Notes under the pieces: model-generated
What the model was told of the DNA's origin: nothing
Database searches by the model: none
What the model saw: the letters and a program-made list of their open reading frames with translations, nothing else
Position numbers and translations under genes: made by a program
IMG/VR virus record: IMGVR_UViG_3300021185_002720
Coordinates: 8,149 to 72,148 of that record
Length of the DNA: 64,000 bases
From: a virus
Strand: one strand, 5' to 3'
Part shown: one piece after another, positions 48,852 through 58,108 of the stretch
How positions within the stretch are numbered: position 1 is the first letter of the stretch
Layout: each line of letters opens with the position of its first letter

Positions 48852-50053
48852 TGAGTGGAATAAAAGCCATACAGAGCTTCGTTAACTTCGGTACTCCGAA
48901 TAGTACTTTTCCTTTAAATAAAGACTATGCTTATATTGCTAAGCTAAGTAGTCTACTCTTAAAAGAACATTATGGAGAGGTTACCCTTTATACAAACAAG
49001 TATCATAAGAGTGCCTTTGAACTAATGAACTTCCCATATGAATACGATACTAATGTACTTTCAAAAGAGAAAGCAAAGATATTTTCTGAGGTAAAGCTAC
49101 AAGCATTTGCAGCACAAGATAAACCTTATATACATTTTGATTTAGATACTATAGTTGGTACGAAGCTAGACATTTATAGTAAGACATCTCCTTTTATATT
49201 CTCTCATCCTGATAAAAATAGAATAGGATTTAGAAAAGATGGAAAGATCAAAGGAGGAAAGAAGCATAAAGTTCTGCACTCTTTTCTAAACGATAGATGG
49301 TTTCATGATATATTCTCTACGTACTTTAAGTATCTTTGGACCTTAAAACTACCTAAAGACTGGCCTACTCATCTTATATTTCCAGAATTAATTCCTAATA
49401 TGAATATCGTTGGAGTTAAAGATCCTACTACGTTTAATAAAGCTGTAGAGAAAGCATTATGGATTGCTAATAACAATAGAGATAAGCTTACAGATTGGGA
49501 ATCAGCCTGCTTTATAGAACAATTAGTTATACCTCTTTACCTTTCGTTTATTAGCCCTGAGTATAGAGAAGCACAGAAAGCTCATAAGAATAAAATAGGT
49601 ATAGATTCTTTCTTACTAGCTAACTATGAGCTTAATGAAGTCCCTTCGATAAATTTAAAAGGTGATTACGATGAGAGTATATACCATACAACTCCTCTGA
49701 AGTTTCCTTATAAGTATATTAATAATTATTCTTGCTCTGAATGCTCAGACTTCCATAAAAGAGAGTATGAGATAAACTCTGATGAAGATTTAGTTAAAAT
49801 TTTAGACTTAAAAGATTATAAGTTAACACACATTGGTGGGTTTAATAAATCAGTTATAATCTATCAGGTAATGGTTCTTTACACACTTAAGAAATACTTT
49901 GGTGATGATGCAATTTTGGATGTAACGAAAGCTTATTTAGGTAAGAGAAAGAAAGCTAGACTGTCGCCTGGTGAAGCAGAATATGAAAGACTAACAGGTG
50001 ATTATTTATTTACAGATTTTTATGGTTTTCCAAGAAAAAAACTGTTACTTTAG
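48851..50053 (+). CDS. GT-A-like protein (DUF6734-like)
   Basis: VTLYTN, KL......PYIHFDLD, NMNIVG, FIEQ. Confidence 0.55.
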   Translation: MSGIKAIQSFVNFGTPNSTFPLNKDYAYIAKLSSLLLKEHYGEVTLYTNKYHKSAFELMNFPYEYDTNVLSKEKAKIFSEVKLQAFAAQDKPYIHFDLDTIVGTKLDIYSKTSPFIFSHPDKNRIGFRKDGKIKGGKKHKVLHSFLNDRWFHDIFSTYFKYLWTLKLPKDWPTHLIFPELIPNMNIVGVKDPTTFNKAVEKALWIANNNRDKLTDWESACFIEQLVIPLYLSFISPEYREAQKAHKNKIGIDSFLLANYELNEVPSINLKGDYDESIYHTTPLKFPYKYINNYSCSECSDFHKREYEINSDEDLVKILDLKDYKLTHIGGFNKSVIIYQVMVLYTLKKYFGDDAILDVTKAYLGKRKKARLSPGEAEYERLTGDYLFTDFYGFPRKKLLL

Positions 50054-50126
50054 TTGCCTAGGAACTTAATTTTTCTTATATTTAAGTATAAATAAGTTAC
50101 TAATATAAATTAAAAAGGTTATTATT
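50051..50126 (+). promoter_or_regulatory. class I promoter, TAGTTGCCTAGGAACTTA subfamily
   Basis: TTG 50054, TATATTTA 50077; identical core at 58049 and 59255. Confidence 0.75.
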
Positions 50127-50969
50127 ATGTCAGATGTAATGTTAAATTTTCAAGGTGAGCAAACTTATATGAATAAGGAACAGCTCAAAGAAGTATGCCC
50201 TTTGGCATTCGCAACAGAAGCTACTAATCCAAAAGTTAGTGGTAGGTATTTATTCGTTAATACGGAAACGATTATTGACGATTTAGATAAGTTAGGCTGG
50301 AAGCCAGTTCAAGCTGCTCAAAGAAAAGGTAGAGGTAAGTCTACTATATTCAGTAAGCATATGATTGCTTTCCAAAATCCTGAATTAAAGATTAAAGGTA
50401 AAGATGGAGACGATTCTTTTCCTAGAATTATCATGACTAACTCTCATGACGGTATGCAAGCGTTTAAGTTTAGCGTTGGTATCTTTAGATTAGTTTGTTC
50501 TAATGGTTTAGTTGTTGCTGATGAGCAGTTTTCTGATTTTAAGATCAAACATAAAGGTTATACTTTCGAAGAGCTTAGAGGAGTTGTTAATCAAGCTGTT
50601 GAAGATCTTCCGAATAAAGTTGAGGTTCTTAATCAAATGAAGAATAGAATCTTAACTCAAGAAGAGAAGAATAAGTTAGCTTTAGATGCTATGTTAGTAA
50701 GAGCTGGTATAACTCCAGGTTCAGATAAGGCTAAGAAGTTCAACTACGATGATGAAACTATTATCGACATCTTAGATCCTAAAAGGAAAGAAGATGAAGG
50801 AAGTGATCTATGGAAAGTTTTTAACGTTATCCAGGAGAAGATTACTCAAGGAGACTTTCATGCTGCTTTAACTGGAGCTAAAGTTAGAAAGGTTAGAAAG
50901 ATTAAGTCTTTTGAAAAAGATCTTAAGGTCAATAAAGAGTTATTTAAACTAGCAACTGCTTTAGTATAA
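50127..50969 (+). CDS. DUF932/DUF945 family protein
   Basis: SKHMIAF, NSHDG..AFKF..GIFRLVCSNGLV, DLWKVFNVIQE. Confidence 0.85.
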   Translation: MSDVMLNFQGEQTYMNKEQLKEVCPLAFATEATNPKVSGRYLFVNTETIIDDLDKLGWKPVQAAQRKGRGKSTIFSKHMIAFQNPELKIKGKDGDDSFPRIIMTNSHDGMQAFKFSVGIFRLVCSNGLVVADEQFSDFKIKHKGYTFEELRGVVNQAVEDLPNKVEVLNQMKNRILTQEEKNKLALDAMLVRAGITPGSDKAKKFNYDDETIIDILDPKRKEDEGSDLWKVFNVIQEKITQGDFHAALTGAKVRKVRKIKSFEKDLKVNKELFKLATALV

Positions 50970-51166
50970 TGGAGCTTTATAACGTACCTAGAAATAGTAG
51001 GATTAAAGTAGTGGGGGACATAAAAGTCCCTCCTGCTTCCCCTATGGTAGAGGGAGGAGAAATTCTGAACTTTAGAAGTATAGACGGAATGTACAGTTAC
51101 TGTACTAGAGATGATGGTGAAGTAGTTCACTTAGCTGCTTGGACTGAAGTTGAGGTAATCGATTGA
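50969..51166 (+). CDS. hypothetical protein
   Basis: IDGMYSYC motif; coupled ORF. Confidence 0.6.
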   Translation: MELYNVPRNSRIKVVGDIKVPPASPMVEGGEILNFRSIDGMYSYCTRDDGEVVHLAAWTEVEVID

Positions 51167-51179
51167 TATTTATTATTCT

Positions 51180-51347
51180 ATGATTGAAGTAATTAAACAC
51201 ACACTTGGATTCTGTGGAGAACACTGGCATCCTAATATATGGACAGCAATGGCAGGATCGCCATTGATAGCAACAACTGCTTATTGGATTAAATGTAAAT
51301 GTGGCGGTTGGTTTAACAAACACGATAAAAACTGTAAGCATGACTAG
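51180..51347 (+). CDS. small Cys/His-rich membrane peptide, 55 aa, missing from the ORF track
   Basis: MIEVIKHTLGFCGEHWHPNIW... Confidence 0.55.
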   Translation: MIEVIKHTLGFCGEHWHPNIWTAMAGSPLIATTAYWIKCKCGGWFNKHDKNCKHD

Positions 51348-51609
51348 AGCAAAAAAATGGTGGAGATCAGTCCTCAAGCAAATGGTTAGAGATAAAAGAC
51401 TAACCCCTGCTCAAAGACTAGGAACTAGGATAGGTTATATGGGAGTAGGATTCTTAATTGCTGGTCAATGGACATTAGAACCAGCTCTTTATATGCTAGG
51501 CTTTGGATGCGTACTCATTCAAGTATCAGTCCGAAGACAATGGAATCTAGTAGCCTTACAGCTTAACGGTCTAGTAGCTTGGACAATACATTTCTTTACT
51601 AATGGTTAA
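51340..51609 (+). CDS. membrane protein
   Basis: Hydrophobic; start taken at ATG 51340. Confidence 0.55.
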   Translation: MTRAKKWWRSVLKQMVRDKRLTPAQRLGTRIGYMGVGFLIAGQWTLEPALYMLGFGCVLIQVSVRRQWNLVALQLNGLVAWTIHFFTNG

Positions 51610-52009
51610 AGGAGTTATTGCAGGAAACTTTGACGTATTACATCCAGGTTATATTGAGATGTTTAAGGAAATGAAGGAAAACTGTACTTGCTTAATAGTA
51701 TTATTACATACAGATCCTTCAATTGAAAGACCTCATAAACTTAGACCTATCCTTTCTTCTAAAGAAAGAAAAGAGATGTTAGAAAGTATTAGATATGTAG
51801 ATGATGTGATCAGATATACCTATGAAGAACAATTGCTGGATTTACTTAAAGTAGGTGAGTTTGATATTAGATTCTTAGGTGATGATTACATCAATAAGCC
51901 ATTCACTGGTGATAACTTAAAGATACCTATTCACTATATGAGTAGAGATCATGGTTGGTCTACAACTAAATTTAAAAGATTAATAGCAGAAAGTTTGACT
52001 TCTGCATAA
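51602..52009 (+). CDS. cytidylyltransferase (TagD/GCT-like)
   Basis: GNFDVLHPGY, ER.EML.SIRYVD, LGDDY, R.HGWSTT. Confidence 0.85.
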   Translation: MVKGVIAGNFDVLHPGYIEMFKEMKENCTCLIVLLHTDPSIERPHKLRPILSSKERKEMLESIRYVDDVIRYTYEEQLLDLLKVGEFDIRFLGDDYINKPFTGDNLKIPIHYMSRDHGWSTTKFKRLIAESLTSA

Positions 52010-52050
52010 ATTTTCTTATCTTTATTATTAATAAATTAAACAAATGTTAT

Positions 52051-52239
52051 ATGATTGAAAAGTATTTTTTATCCCGATTAAAGATCAACGCAAAAACTTC
52101 TGAGTTAGTAATTCCTGGTGAACATATCAACATGGATGGCTATACCTATGAACAACTATCAAGACGACCAAAAGGTAGAACTATCTTTAGAAAGTTAATC
52201 AACGAAAAAACTAACGAAAGATTTACCGTGTATGCTTAA
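52051..52239 (+). CDS. hypothetical protein
   Basis: ORF behind the promoter at 51995-52024. Confidence 0.5.
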   Translation: MIEKYFLSRLKINAKTSELVIPGEHINMDGYTYEQLSRRPKGRTIFRKLINEKTNERFTVYA

Positions 52240-52600
52240 ACTTACTGACTTAGCATTTGGATGCCTAGCGTTCTTAGGTGCTCATTTGCTCACTTTCTAC
52301 CAACTGAATGGACAGTTTTTAAAATCAACAGATTGGTTTAGAAAGAATGAATTTTGGGTAGCAGCAGCAGGAATACTTCTATCGTATTTTTACATTTATG
52401 GAACTAAGTATACCGTTTCCGGAATGGGAGGATTGTTGTGGCCAGCTAGATTTATAGGGTTTAGTATTGGAATGTTTCTTTATGCTCTGATGGTTAATTA
52501 TCACTTTGCTGAAGGAATGAATGCTAAAACTTGGGTTAGCTTAGCTTTATGTATGCTTCTAATCTGCATTCAGGTATTTTGGAAAACAACAACAGCATAA
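52232..52600 (+). CDS. multi-TM membrane protein
   Basis: YQLNGQF, WPARFIGF; four hydrophobic segments. Confidence 0.65.
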   Translation: MLKLTDLAFGCLAFLGAHLLTFYQLNGQFLKSTDWFRKNEFWVAAAGILLSYFYIYGTKYTVSGMGGLLWPARFIGFSIGMFLYALMVNYHFAEGMNAKTWVSLALCMLLICIQVFWKTTTA

Positions 52601-52603
52601 TAT

Positions 52604-53365
52604 ATGACTATATACGGGTACGGAGATAGCTTTACAGCAGGAGATGGAACTAGAGTTCCCTTAACAATAGATAAAAAGGATTATGACCTTCCAAACCCTA
52701 AGGGGTATAAGTTCTGGCTAGATGCTTTAGGTGATAATTTTAAAGCTGATAAAGTAGTTAATGAAGGAGTAGGAGGATTGTCTAATGATGTAGTTCTATA
52801 TAAACTACTAGCAGATTTAGGTAAGTTTGAAAAAGGAGATATGGTTATCGTAAGTGTAGGTTTTATTGAACGTACAGACTTCGTTTATGACGATGCTTCC
52901 AGAGAAACTCTAACCTCAGTAAAAGAAGTATCTGGCTGTGATGGCAGTCCTACATACTGTTGCACTACTAGTGTTCCTACCTACTATCCACAAGATTCAC
53001 CTGGACCTCAATATTTTCAAATATTTCAAGACACAGAACAATTAAATAAGTTCCGTGAAGAAATGCTTCACAATCATGGTAGAACACCAGAAGATATGTT
53101 GACTGCTGTGTACAATTATAATGCTAATTATAAAGCACCTAACAATAAGTACATTAGAGCTGAACATACCTTCAGAGTTAAATTAGTAACGGAGTATCTA
53201 GAATCAAAAGGAGTGAAGTGTTTGGTATGGGACTTACCTTCTATTGCTTTTAAGTATGAGACAATTGATACTGCAACGAGAGGTAAGGTAAAAGATTATC
53301 ATTGGAGCTGGAAAGGTAATAATCAATTTGCTCAATATTTAACTAAAAAACTAAAAAGTCTATGA
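52604..53365 (+). CDS. SGNH/GDSL-like protein
   Basis: YGDSFTAG, N.GVGG.SN, DYHWS..GN. Confidence 0.7.
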   Translation: MTIYGYGDSFTAGDGTRVPLTIDKKDYDLPNPKGYKFWLDALGDNFKADKVVNEGVGGLSNDVVLYKLLADLGKFEKGDMVIVSVGFIERTDFVYDDASRETLTSVKEVSGCDGSPTYCCTTSVPTYYPQDSPGPQYFQIFQDTEQLNKFREEMLHNHGRTPEDMLTAVYNYNANYKAPNNKYIRAEHTFRVKLVTEYLESKGVKCLVWDLPSIAFKYETIDTATRGKVKDYHWSWKGNNQFAQYLTKKLKSL

Positions 53366-53562
53366 TTTATATTATATCTAAAATATTAATATACATTCTG
53401 ATTGGAATGGTATGGAAGGATTGGTTAGAGTATTATACCAATAAACATTTTGAAGGTAGAATGGGTGAGAGGTTTACACTTCGTGAAACTTTAACACAAG
53501 TTTTCCTCTGGCCTGTATTCGTATTAATATTTATCACAGAATTCATAAGAAACATTTTATAA
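53362..53562 (+). CDS. membrane protein
   Basis: Two hydrophobic segments, LWPV. Confidence 0.55.
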   Translation: MIYIISKILIYILIGMVWKDWLEYYTNKHFEGRMGERFTLRETLTQVFLWPVFVLIFITEFIRNIL

Positions 53563-54287
53563 TGAACGTAGCTGTATTAGTAGACATAATTAAAGAAACA
53601 AAAATGAATTGGAGGTTTATATTTGAATCTCCTCTTTATGATAATATCAATTTCATACCTGGTCAATTAGTACAGATAGGTATTCCCTGGAATGAAAAAT
53701 GGGGCTCTGGAGGAGATTGGCTTACTAGAAATTACTCTGTAGCTTCCTACCCTGACAATACTAATAAGTTTGAACTTATAGTGACTTATCTTCCTGGAGG
53801 TAAAATGTCAGATTACTTATTTAATGAAGCTAAGATTGGAGACGAAATTATTTATAGAGGTCCTATGGGAGTATTTACTCTGCCTGATAATCTACTAGAG
53901 AGAGATATATTTTTAGTATCAACAGGTTCAGGAGTTAGTCCTTTTCGTTCTATGATTAATAATATTTACAATAAGAACATACCTTTTAAGAAAATTAATC
54001 TTTATTTTGGTACTAGAAAAGAATCTGATTTACTGTATCGACAAGAGTTTGAAAAGATAGCTAAAGAGTTACCTAACTTTAACTATAGACCTACTCTGTC
54101 ACAAGAAGATAAACTAGGTTTTAGGAAAGGACACGTTCACGAACATTACCTAAATGATATCAATACTGATGATAAACCATTAGTCTACTTCTGTGGATGG
54201 GATCGAATGATTACTGAGGGAAGGATAAAATTAGATGCAATGGGATTCAAAATGCAAAAAGATATTAGAGTAGAAATATTCGGTTAA
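53562..54287 (+). CDS. FAD/NAD(P)-binding oxidoreductase (ferredoxin-NADP reductase family)
   Basis: PGQ, RNYSVAS, GKMS.YL, GPMG.F, TGSGVSPFRSM, FCGW. Confidence 0.9.
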   Translation: MNVAVLVDIIKETKMNWRFIFESPLYDNINFIPGQLVQIGIPWNEKWGSGGDWLTRNYSVASYPDNTNKFELIVTYLPGGKMSDYLFNEAKIGDEIIYRGPMGVFTLPDNLLERDIFLVSTGSGVSPFRSMINNIYNKNIPFKKINLYFGTRKESDLLYRQEFEKIAKELPNFNYRPTLSQEDKLGFRKGHVHEHYLNDINTDDKPLVYFCGWDRMITEGRIKLDAMGFKMQKDIRVEIFG

Positions 54288-54805
54288 TGGAAGAGCAATT
54301 ATTATTTACAGAAGAAGAATGTAATTGGTTATTAGATCATGCTACTGATTACCACGATAGTACTGTTTCTTATGATTGGAATAGAACACCTGAGCTGCAA
54401 AGGATAAAGAACGATAAAGAGAGAATATCAGAGCAATGTGAACTAGGTCAACCAGAAGGTCCATTAAAAGACTTTCTATTAGAGAAATTAAAACCTTTAG
54501 GATTTCAAAACTTAGATGGAGCATTCTTAAACTACGTAAGGTATTTCAAAGGAGGGTTTTTTACCAAACATATAGATGGTCCTGAAAGACATAAGACTTG
54601 TATTATTCAATTAACTCCTGAAGAAGTTTATAAAGGAGGTGATTTAATCGTTAGAGATAAAATAGTAAGTAAAGAAGTTGGTACAACTGTAATATTCGGT
54701 TCTAATGTTCCTCATGAGCTAACTCTAGTAGAAGAAGGTTATAGAAACTGCTTAGTTGTATGGACGAAAAAAGGTAATTTAATTGAAAAAAATACATTGA
54801 TTTAG
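54287..54805 (+). CDS. 2OG-Fe(II) oxygenase
   Basis: FTEEEC, HID, YKGGDL, HEL..V.EG.RNCLVVW. Confidence 0.85.
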   Translation: MEEQLLFTEEECNWLLDHATDYHDSTVSYDWNRTPELQRIKNDKERISEQCELGQPEGPLKDFLLEKLKPLGFQNLDGAFLNYVRYFKGGFFTKHIDGPERHKTCIIQLTPEEVYKGGDLIVRDKIVSKEVGTTVIFGSNVPHELTLVEEGYRNCLVVWTKKGNLIEKNTLI

Positions 54806-54865
54806 TTGCCTCCCTGCGTTATTCTTCTTATATTAAGGTATAATTAAAAAGGTAAAATAAAGGTT
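54803..54865 (+). promoter_or_regulatory. class I promoter
   Basis: TTG 54806, TATATTAA 54829. Confidence 0.75.
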
Positions 54866-55633
54866 ATGACAAAAGCACAGATTTTAGATCAAATTATTGA
54901 AAAGAAGAGCCAAGAGCTCAAAGAGCTTACTAAGACTTATGTTGAAGTAGAAAAGAAGAGAGACTCTAAGTACTTCGAAATTATTCAAGAGTATTTCGGA
55001 GGAGAGTTTACTCTAGATGATGTATACTTTCATCATGATTACAGTACTAGCTTTGTAGTTAAACGTCCTCATAAGGAATATAACTATGACAAAGAAATGA
55101 TTACTCTTAGGTTTAGAGATGATTGGAAGACTGGAGAGTTTACTGACATCGAAACTAGTATGTACTCTACTAATGATAATTCTCAGTGGGAACTAGAAAG
55201 ATTATTTACTGCTGGTGAGGTAGCTAAAGTATTATTGGATCATGGAGATGATATTCTTGCTAAGTTTAATACTTATAAAGAGACTTTTGCTAATGAGTAT
55301 AAAGATGCTAGAGATGCTAAGTGGAAGTGTGAAAGTGAGATTCAAAAGTTAAAAGATGAGAAAAATGAAACTTATTTATCTCAAGCTGAAACTTTACTTG
55401 AAGGAGAAGGATTAACGTTTGAAGGAAAGGATAAAGGTTCTATCGATCTTAGATGGGATTGGACGTTGAGAGGTATTACTTCTGCTAAGATTCTTTCTAA
55501 AACTGCTTCCGGAAAGTCTGCTGATATAGAGATTAGTACTTACGGAGAAACTCCTAGAGTATACGAAAAAGTAAGAATGAGTAATATCGATGTCCTTAAA
55601 TGGCAGTATAGAGATTACGTTATTAAAGCATAA
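54866..55633 (+). CDS. hypothetical early protein
   Basis: ORF behind the class I promoter at 54806-54836. Confidence 0.65.
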   Translation: MTKAQILDQIIEKKSQELKELTKTYVEVEKKRDSKYFEIIQEYFGGEFTLDDVYFHHDYSTSFVVKRPHKEYNYDKEMITLRFRDDWKTGEFTDIETSMYSTNDNSQWELERLFTAGEVAKVLLDHGDDILAKFNTYKETFANEYKDARDAKWKCESEIQKLKDEKNETYLSQAETLLEGEGLTFEGKDKGSIDLRWDWTLRGITSAKILSKTASGKSADIEISTYGETPRVYEKVRMSNIDVLKWQYRDYVIKA

Positions 55634-55694
55634 AGATTCATAACCTGGAGATGGGGGCGTCCTGCCCCCTGATCCTAACCTTAATTCAAAAGCA

Positions 55695-55955
55695 ATGAGA
55701 ATAAAAAATATAGGTTTTATACAACACCCAACTATTAAAAAAGCTATTATGGCTCATGTGATTACTGACGAAGGTAAACGCATTTCCATAGTATGTGGAG
55801 AGGGTATGTACAGTTCATCAAGAGCTGGGAATCGAGCAGAGTGTACAAGCATAGAAGATGCTTCAAGCTTTGAGGTCCTTGTTGATGGAGAAGATGATGT
55901 AAGAGGATGGCAGTCAAGAGAAGATATAGATAAACTCTTGGCAGAGAACTTCTAA
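55695..55955 (+). CDS. hypothetical protein
   Basis: ORF with ISIVCG..MY...FEV...DVRGW. Confidence 0.6.
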   Translation: MRIKNIGFIQHPTIKKAIMAHVITDEGKRISIVCGEGMYSSSRAGNRAECTSIEDASSFEVLVDGEDDVRGWQSREDIDKLLAENF

Positions 55956-55961
55956 CAACAT

Positions 55962-56035
55962 GGATCAGTAGCTCAGCTGGATAGAGCATTAGCCTTCTAA
56001 GCTAACGGTCGTAGGTTCGAATCCTACCTGATTCA
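55962..56035 (+). tRNA. tRNA-Arg (anticodon UCU), CCA not encoded
   Basis: Acceptor ggatcag/ctgattc, D-arm gctc..gagc, anticodon arm ttagc-cTTCTaa-gctaa, T-loop ggttcgaatcc. Confidence 0.95.
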
Positions 56036-56044
56036 CAAAGAAAA

Positions 56045-56095
56045 AGTTGCTAGTCTGCGTTTTTTTTCATATATTTAGGTATAAAAGGTTACGAT
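56045..56095 (+). promoter_or_regulatory. class I promoter
   Basis: TTG 56047, TATATTTA 56070. Confidence 0.7.
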
Positions 56096-56569
56096 ATGAA
56101 TGTTTGGTATTTACATGGTTTAGAGTCTGCTGTCGGAGGTCCGAAGGTAGAGTTTCTGTGTGAAAATGCTGATAAAGTATTTGCTCCTTATATGAACTAC
56201 AATGACCTTGCATTGTTTGAATCGTTATTAAAGTTAGCTAAGTTAGATAAGCCTGACTTAATTATAGGTTCTTCTATGGGTGGTTATTTTGCTGATGCAT
56301 TAGGTAGTCATATAGATACGGAGGTACTTCTCTTTAATCCTGCTCTTCATAGTAGATCTATGGAACCTGAAGGAGTTACTTATGGTGAAACTAATTGGGA
56401 AAGAAACTTTGTAGTAGGGACTGAGGATGATGTTATTGATCCTAAAGCTACTAGAGTGTATAAGGATCTAGCTAAGAGTTGGACTGAAGTAGAGGGGATG
56501 GGTCATAGAACTGATCTTAATACATTTAAAGCTATTTATAAGAAAGTAGTAAAGAATGAAACTAACTAG
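56096..56569 (+). CDS. alpha/beta hydrolase (YqiA/UPF0227-like esterase)
   Basis: YLHGLES, GSSMGG, FNPAL, DDVI, GH. Confidence 0.85.
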   Translation: MNVWYLHGLESAVGGPKVEFLCENADKVFAPYMNYNDLALFESLLKLAKLDKPDLIIGSSMGGYFADALGSHIDTEVLLFNPALHSRSMEPEGVTYGETNWERNFVVGTEDDVIDPKATRVYKDLAKSWTEVEGMGHRTDLNTFKAIYKKVVKNETN

Positions 56570-57080
56570 AATATTATTAGAAAATGATTGGAGACCTTTA
56601 ACTTCAGCAGAAGTTCAAGATGGTAAAGATGATCTTTTTAAAATGATAGATAATGCATATGCTCCTCTAGGAGGTCATCCTAATGTAAAAAATGCAGACG
56701 ATGTTAAATCAGCAGCAGATGGATATGAAGTTATAGATTTAGATGATGATCCAGAAGACGATGCTGCTATAATGACTAAGCAAAGAGCTGGAGGAACTAA
56801 GTTAGTAGGTATGGGTCATGATGGATCTAAACCAGCTAGATCAGCAGCAGTAGCTAAAACAGTTAGTACTTTAAATAAAAAGGGTTATTACATAGAAGTT
56901 TCCGGAAAGATATTAGATATTCTTAAAGCTAAAGGAGTTGCAATAGTAAATGATGAGGAAACAGTCAGAAATGCTCTTAAAGGTAAGGATATCAAATGGC
57001 ATGGGGACGGATCTTATGATAGGAATTTAGGAGGAACAGTACACCGAAAGGTAATGATGGGGAAACCTAATACAAAATAA
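56556..57080 (+). CDS. hypothetical protein (possible virion-packaged protein)
   Basis: N-terminal MKLTRILLE; TATTTATA box upstream. Confidence 0.6.
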   Translation: MKLTRILLENDWRPLTSAEVQDGKDDLFKMIDNAYAPLGGHPNVKNADDVKSAADGYEVIDLDDDPEDDAAIMTKQRAGGTKLVGMGHDGSKPARSAAVAKTVSTLNKKGYYIEVSGKILDILKAKGVAIVNDEETVRNALKGKDIKWHGDGSYDRNLGGTVHRKVMMGKPNTK

Positions 57081-57089
57081 CTTAGTAAG

Positions 57090-57142
57090 TAGTTGCCTCC
57101 CTGCGTTATTTTTCTTATATTTAAGTATAAATAATAAAGGTT
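57090..57142 (+). promoter_or_regulatory. class I promoter
   Basis: TTG 57093, TATATTTA 57116. Confidence 0.75.
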
Positions 57143-57325
57143 ATGGTATTAAGTGATATGAAAGTTGGTGATGAATTTTACATGGATGGGCTCAGCTTCC
57201 CAGATAATAATCCTGTAAAAACTATATGTACTCTTATAGAATATAAAGGAATGAATCGATACGTTATCGATACGGAGGACTGTTTAGTTCTTGCTGATGG
57301 TGACGATAAAGTTTATTCGATATGA
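57143..57325 (+). CDS. hypothetical protein
   Basis: Behind the class I promoter at 57093-57123. Confidence 0.55.
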   Translation: MVLSDMKVGDEFYMDGLSFPDNNPVKTICTLIEYKGMNRYVIDTEDCLVLADGDDKVYSI

Positions 57326-57564
57326 GAAATCTAACTACTGATTATGTGATATCGGAGATACTAGATACTGTATCTTTAATGCAATTGAATAAGGAAGATG
57401 TCCCTATTATAGAAAATACTCAGATAGATGAAATCGCTGATAGATTCTTATTTGAGTGGAATGAGGTCGGTGACTATGAAGCTGACTTTAGTAGAACTCT
57501 TCTAGAGTATTTGAGAGATGAGTTTGTTATTAATAAAATAAATTATAAAGGTTATGCAAGATAA
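57322..57564 (+). CDS. hypothetical protein
   Basis: Coupled ORF. Confidence 0.55.
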   Translation: MRNLTTDYVISEILDTVSLMQLNKEDVPIIENTQIDEIADRFLFEWNEVGDYEADFSRTLLEYLRDEFVINKINYKGYAR

Positions 57565-57784
57565 AAAACGTTATGTGGTTACTATGGACATGTATGTCTA
57601 TGCTGAGAATGATTATATGGCTCGTAAAAGAGCTCATAAAATGAAGAACTCTCTCGATAATTATAATCGAAGACCTTCTATTACTGAGATAGGAGAGCAG
57701 CCCTTTGCCTCCATGAGCTATAGAAAGCTAGAAGATATCTCAGAACCTACCTCTAAAGTTAAAGACGCACCTTTACCATTTTAA
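57554..57784 (+). CDS. hypothetical protein
   Basis: Starts at AAAGGTTATG. Confidence 0.55.
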   Translation: MQDKKRYVVTMDMYVYAENDYMARKRAHKMKNSLDNYNRRPSITEIGEQPFASMSYRKLEDISEPTSKVKDAPLPF

Positions 57785-57785
57785 T

Positions 57786-58022
57786 ATGAATTGTTGTAAA
57801 TGTACTAAGGAGATAAATCCGTTAAGGTTGAAAGCTTTACCTGATACTAAGACTTGTGTCAATTGTTCTGATACTTCTCGATGGTATGTAAGGAATATAA
57901 TTTCAGGTAAAACTACTTATTGTGAAACTGAAGTGATTAAAGATCCAGAAGCTGCTAAAACTATTGCTGCTATGGACCGAAGAACTGGTTGGGGATCGAA
58001 TCTCCATAAGGTAAGAAAGTAA
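57786..58022 (+). CDS. DksA/TraR-type C4 zinc-finger protein
   Basis: CCKCTKEINPLRLKALPDTKTCVNC. Confidence 0.75.
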   Translation: MNCCKCTKEINPLRLKALPDTKTCVNCSDTSRWYVRNIISGKTTYCETEVIKDPEAAKTIAAMDRRTGWGSNLHKVRK

Positions 58023-58048
58023 AACTTTCCGGAAAATAACTGTGGGAA

Positions 58049-58108
58049 TAGTTGCCTAGGAACTTAATTATTCATATATTTAGGTATAAAGGTTAAAGGT
58101 TATAAATT
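58049..58108 (+). promoter_or_regulatory. class I promoter
   Basis: TTG 58052, TATATTTA 58075. Confidence 0.75.

Noticed and set aside
55653-55669. GGGGGC-GTCCT-GCCCCC hairpin as a terminator or third copy of the GAA element
   Set aside because: It has no U-tract and lacks the CGAC-GAA-GTCG/CCACGCGC part, so it is left unassigned.
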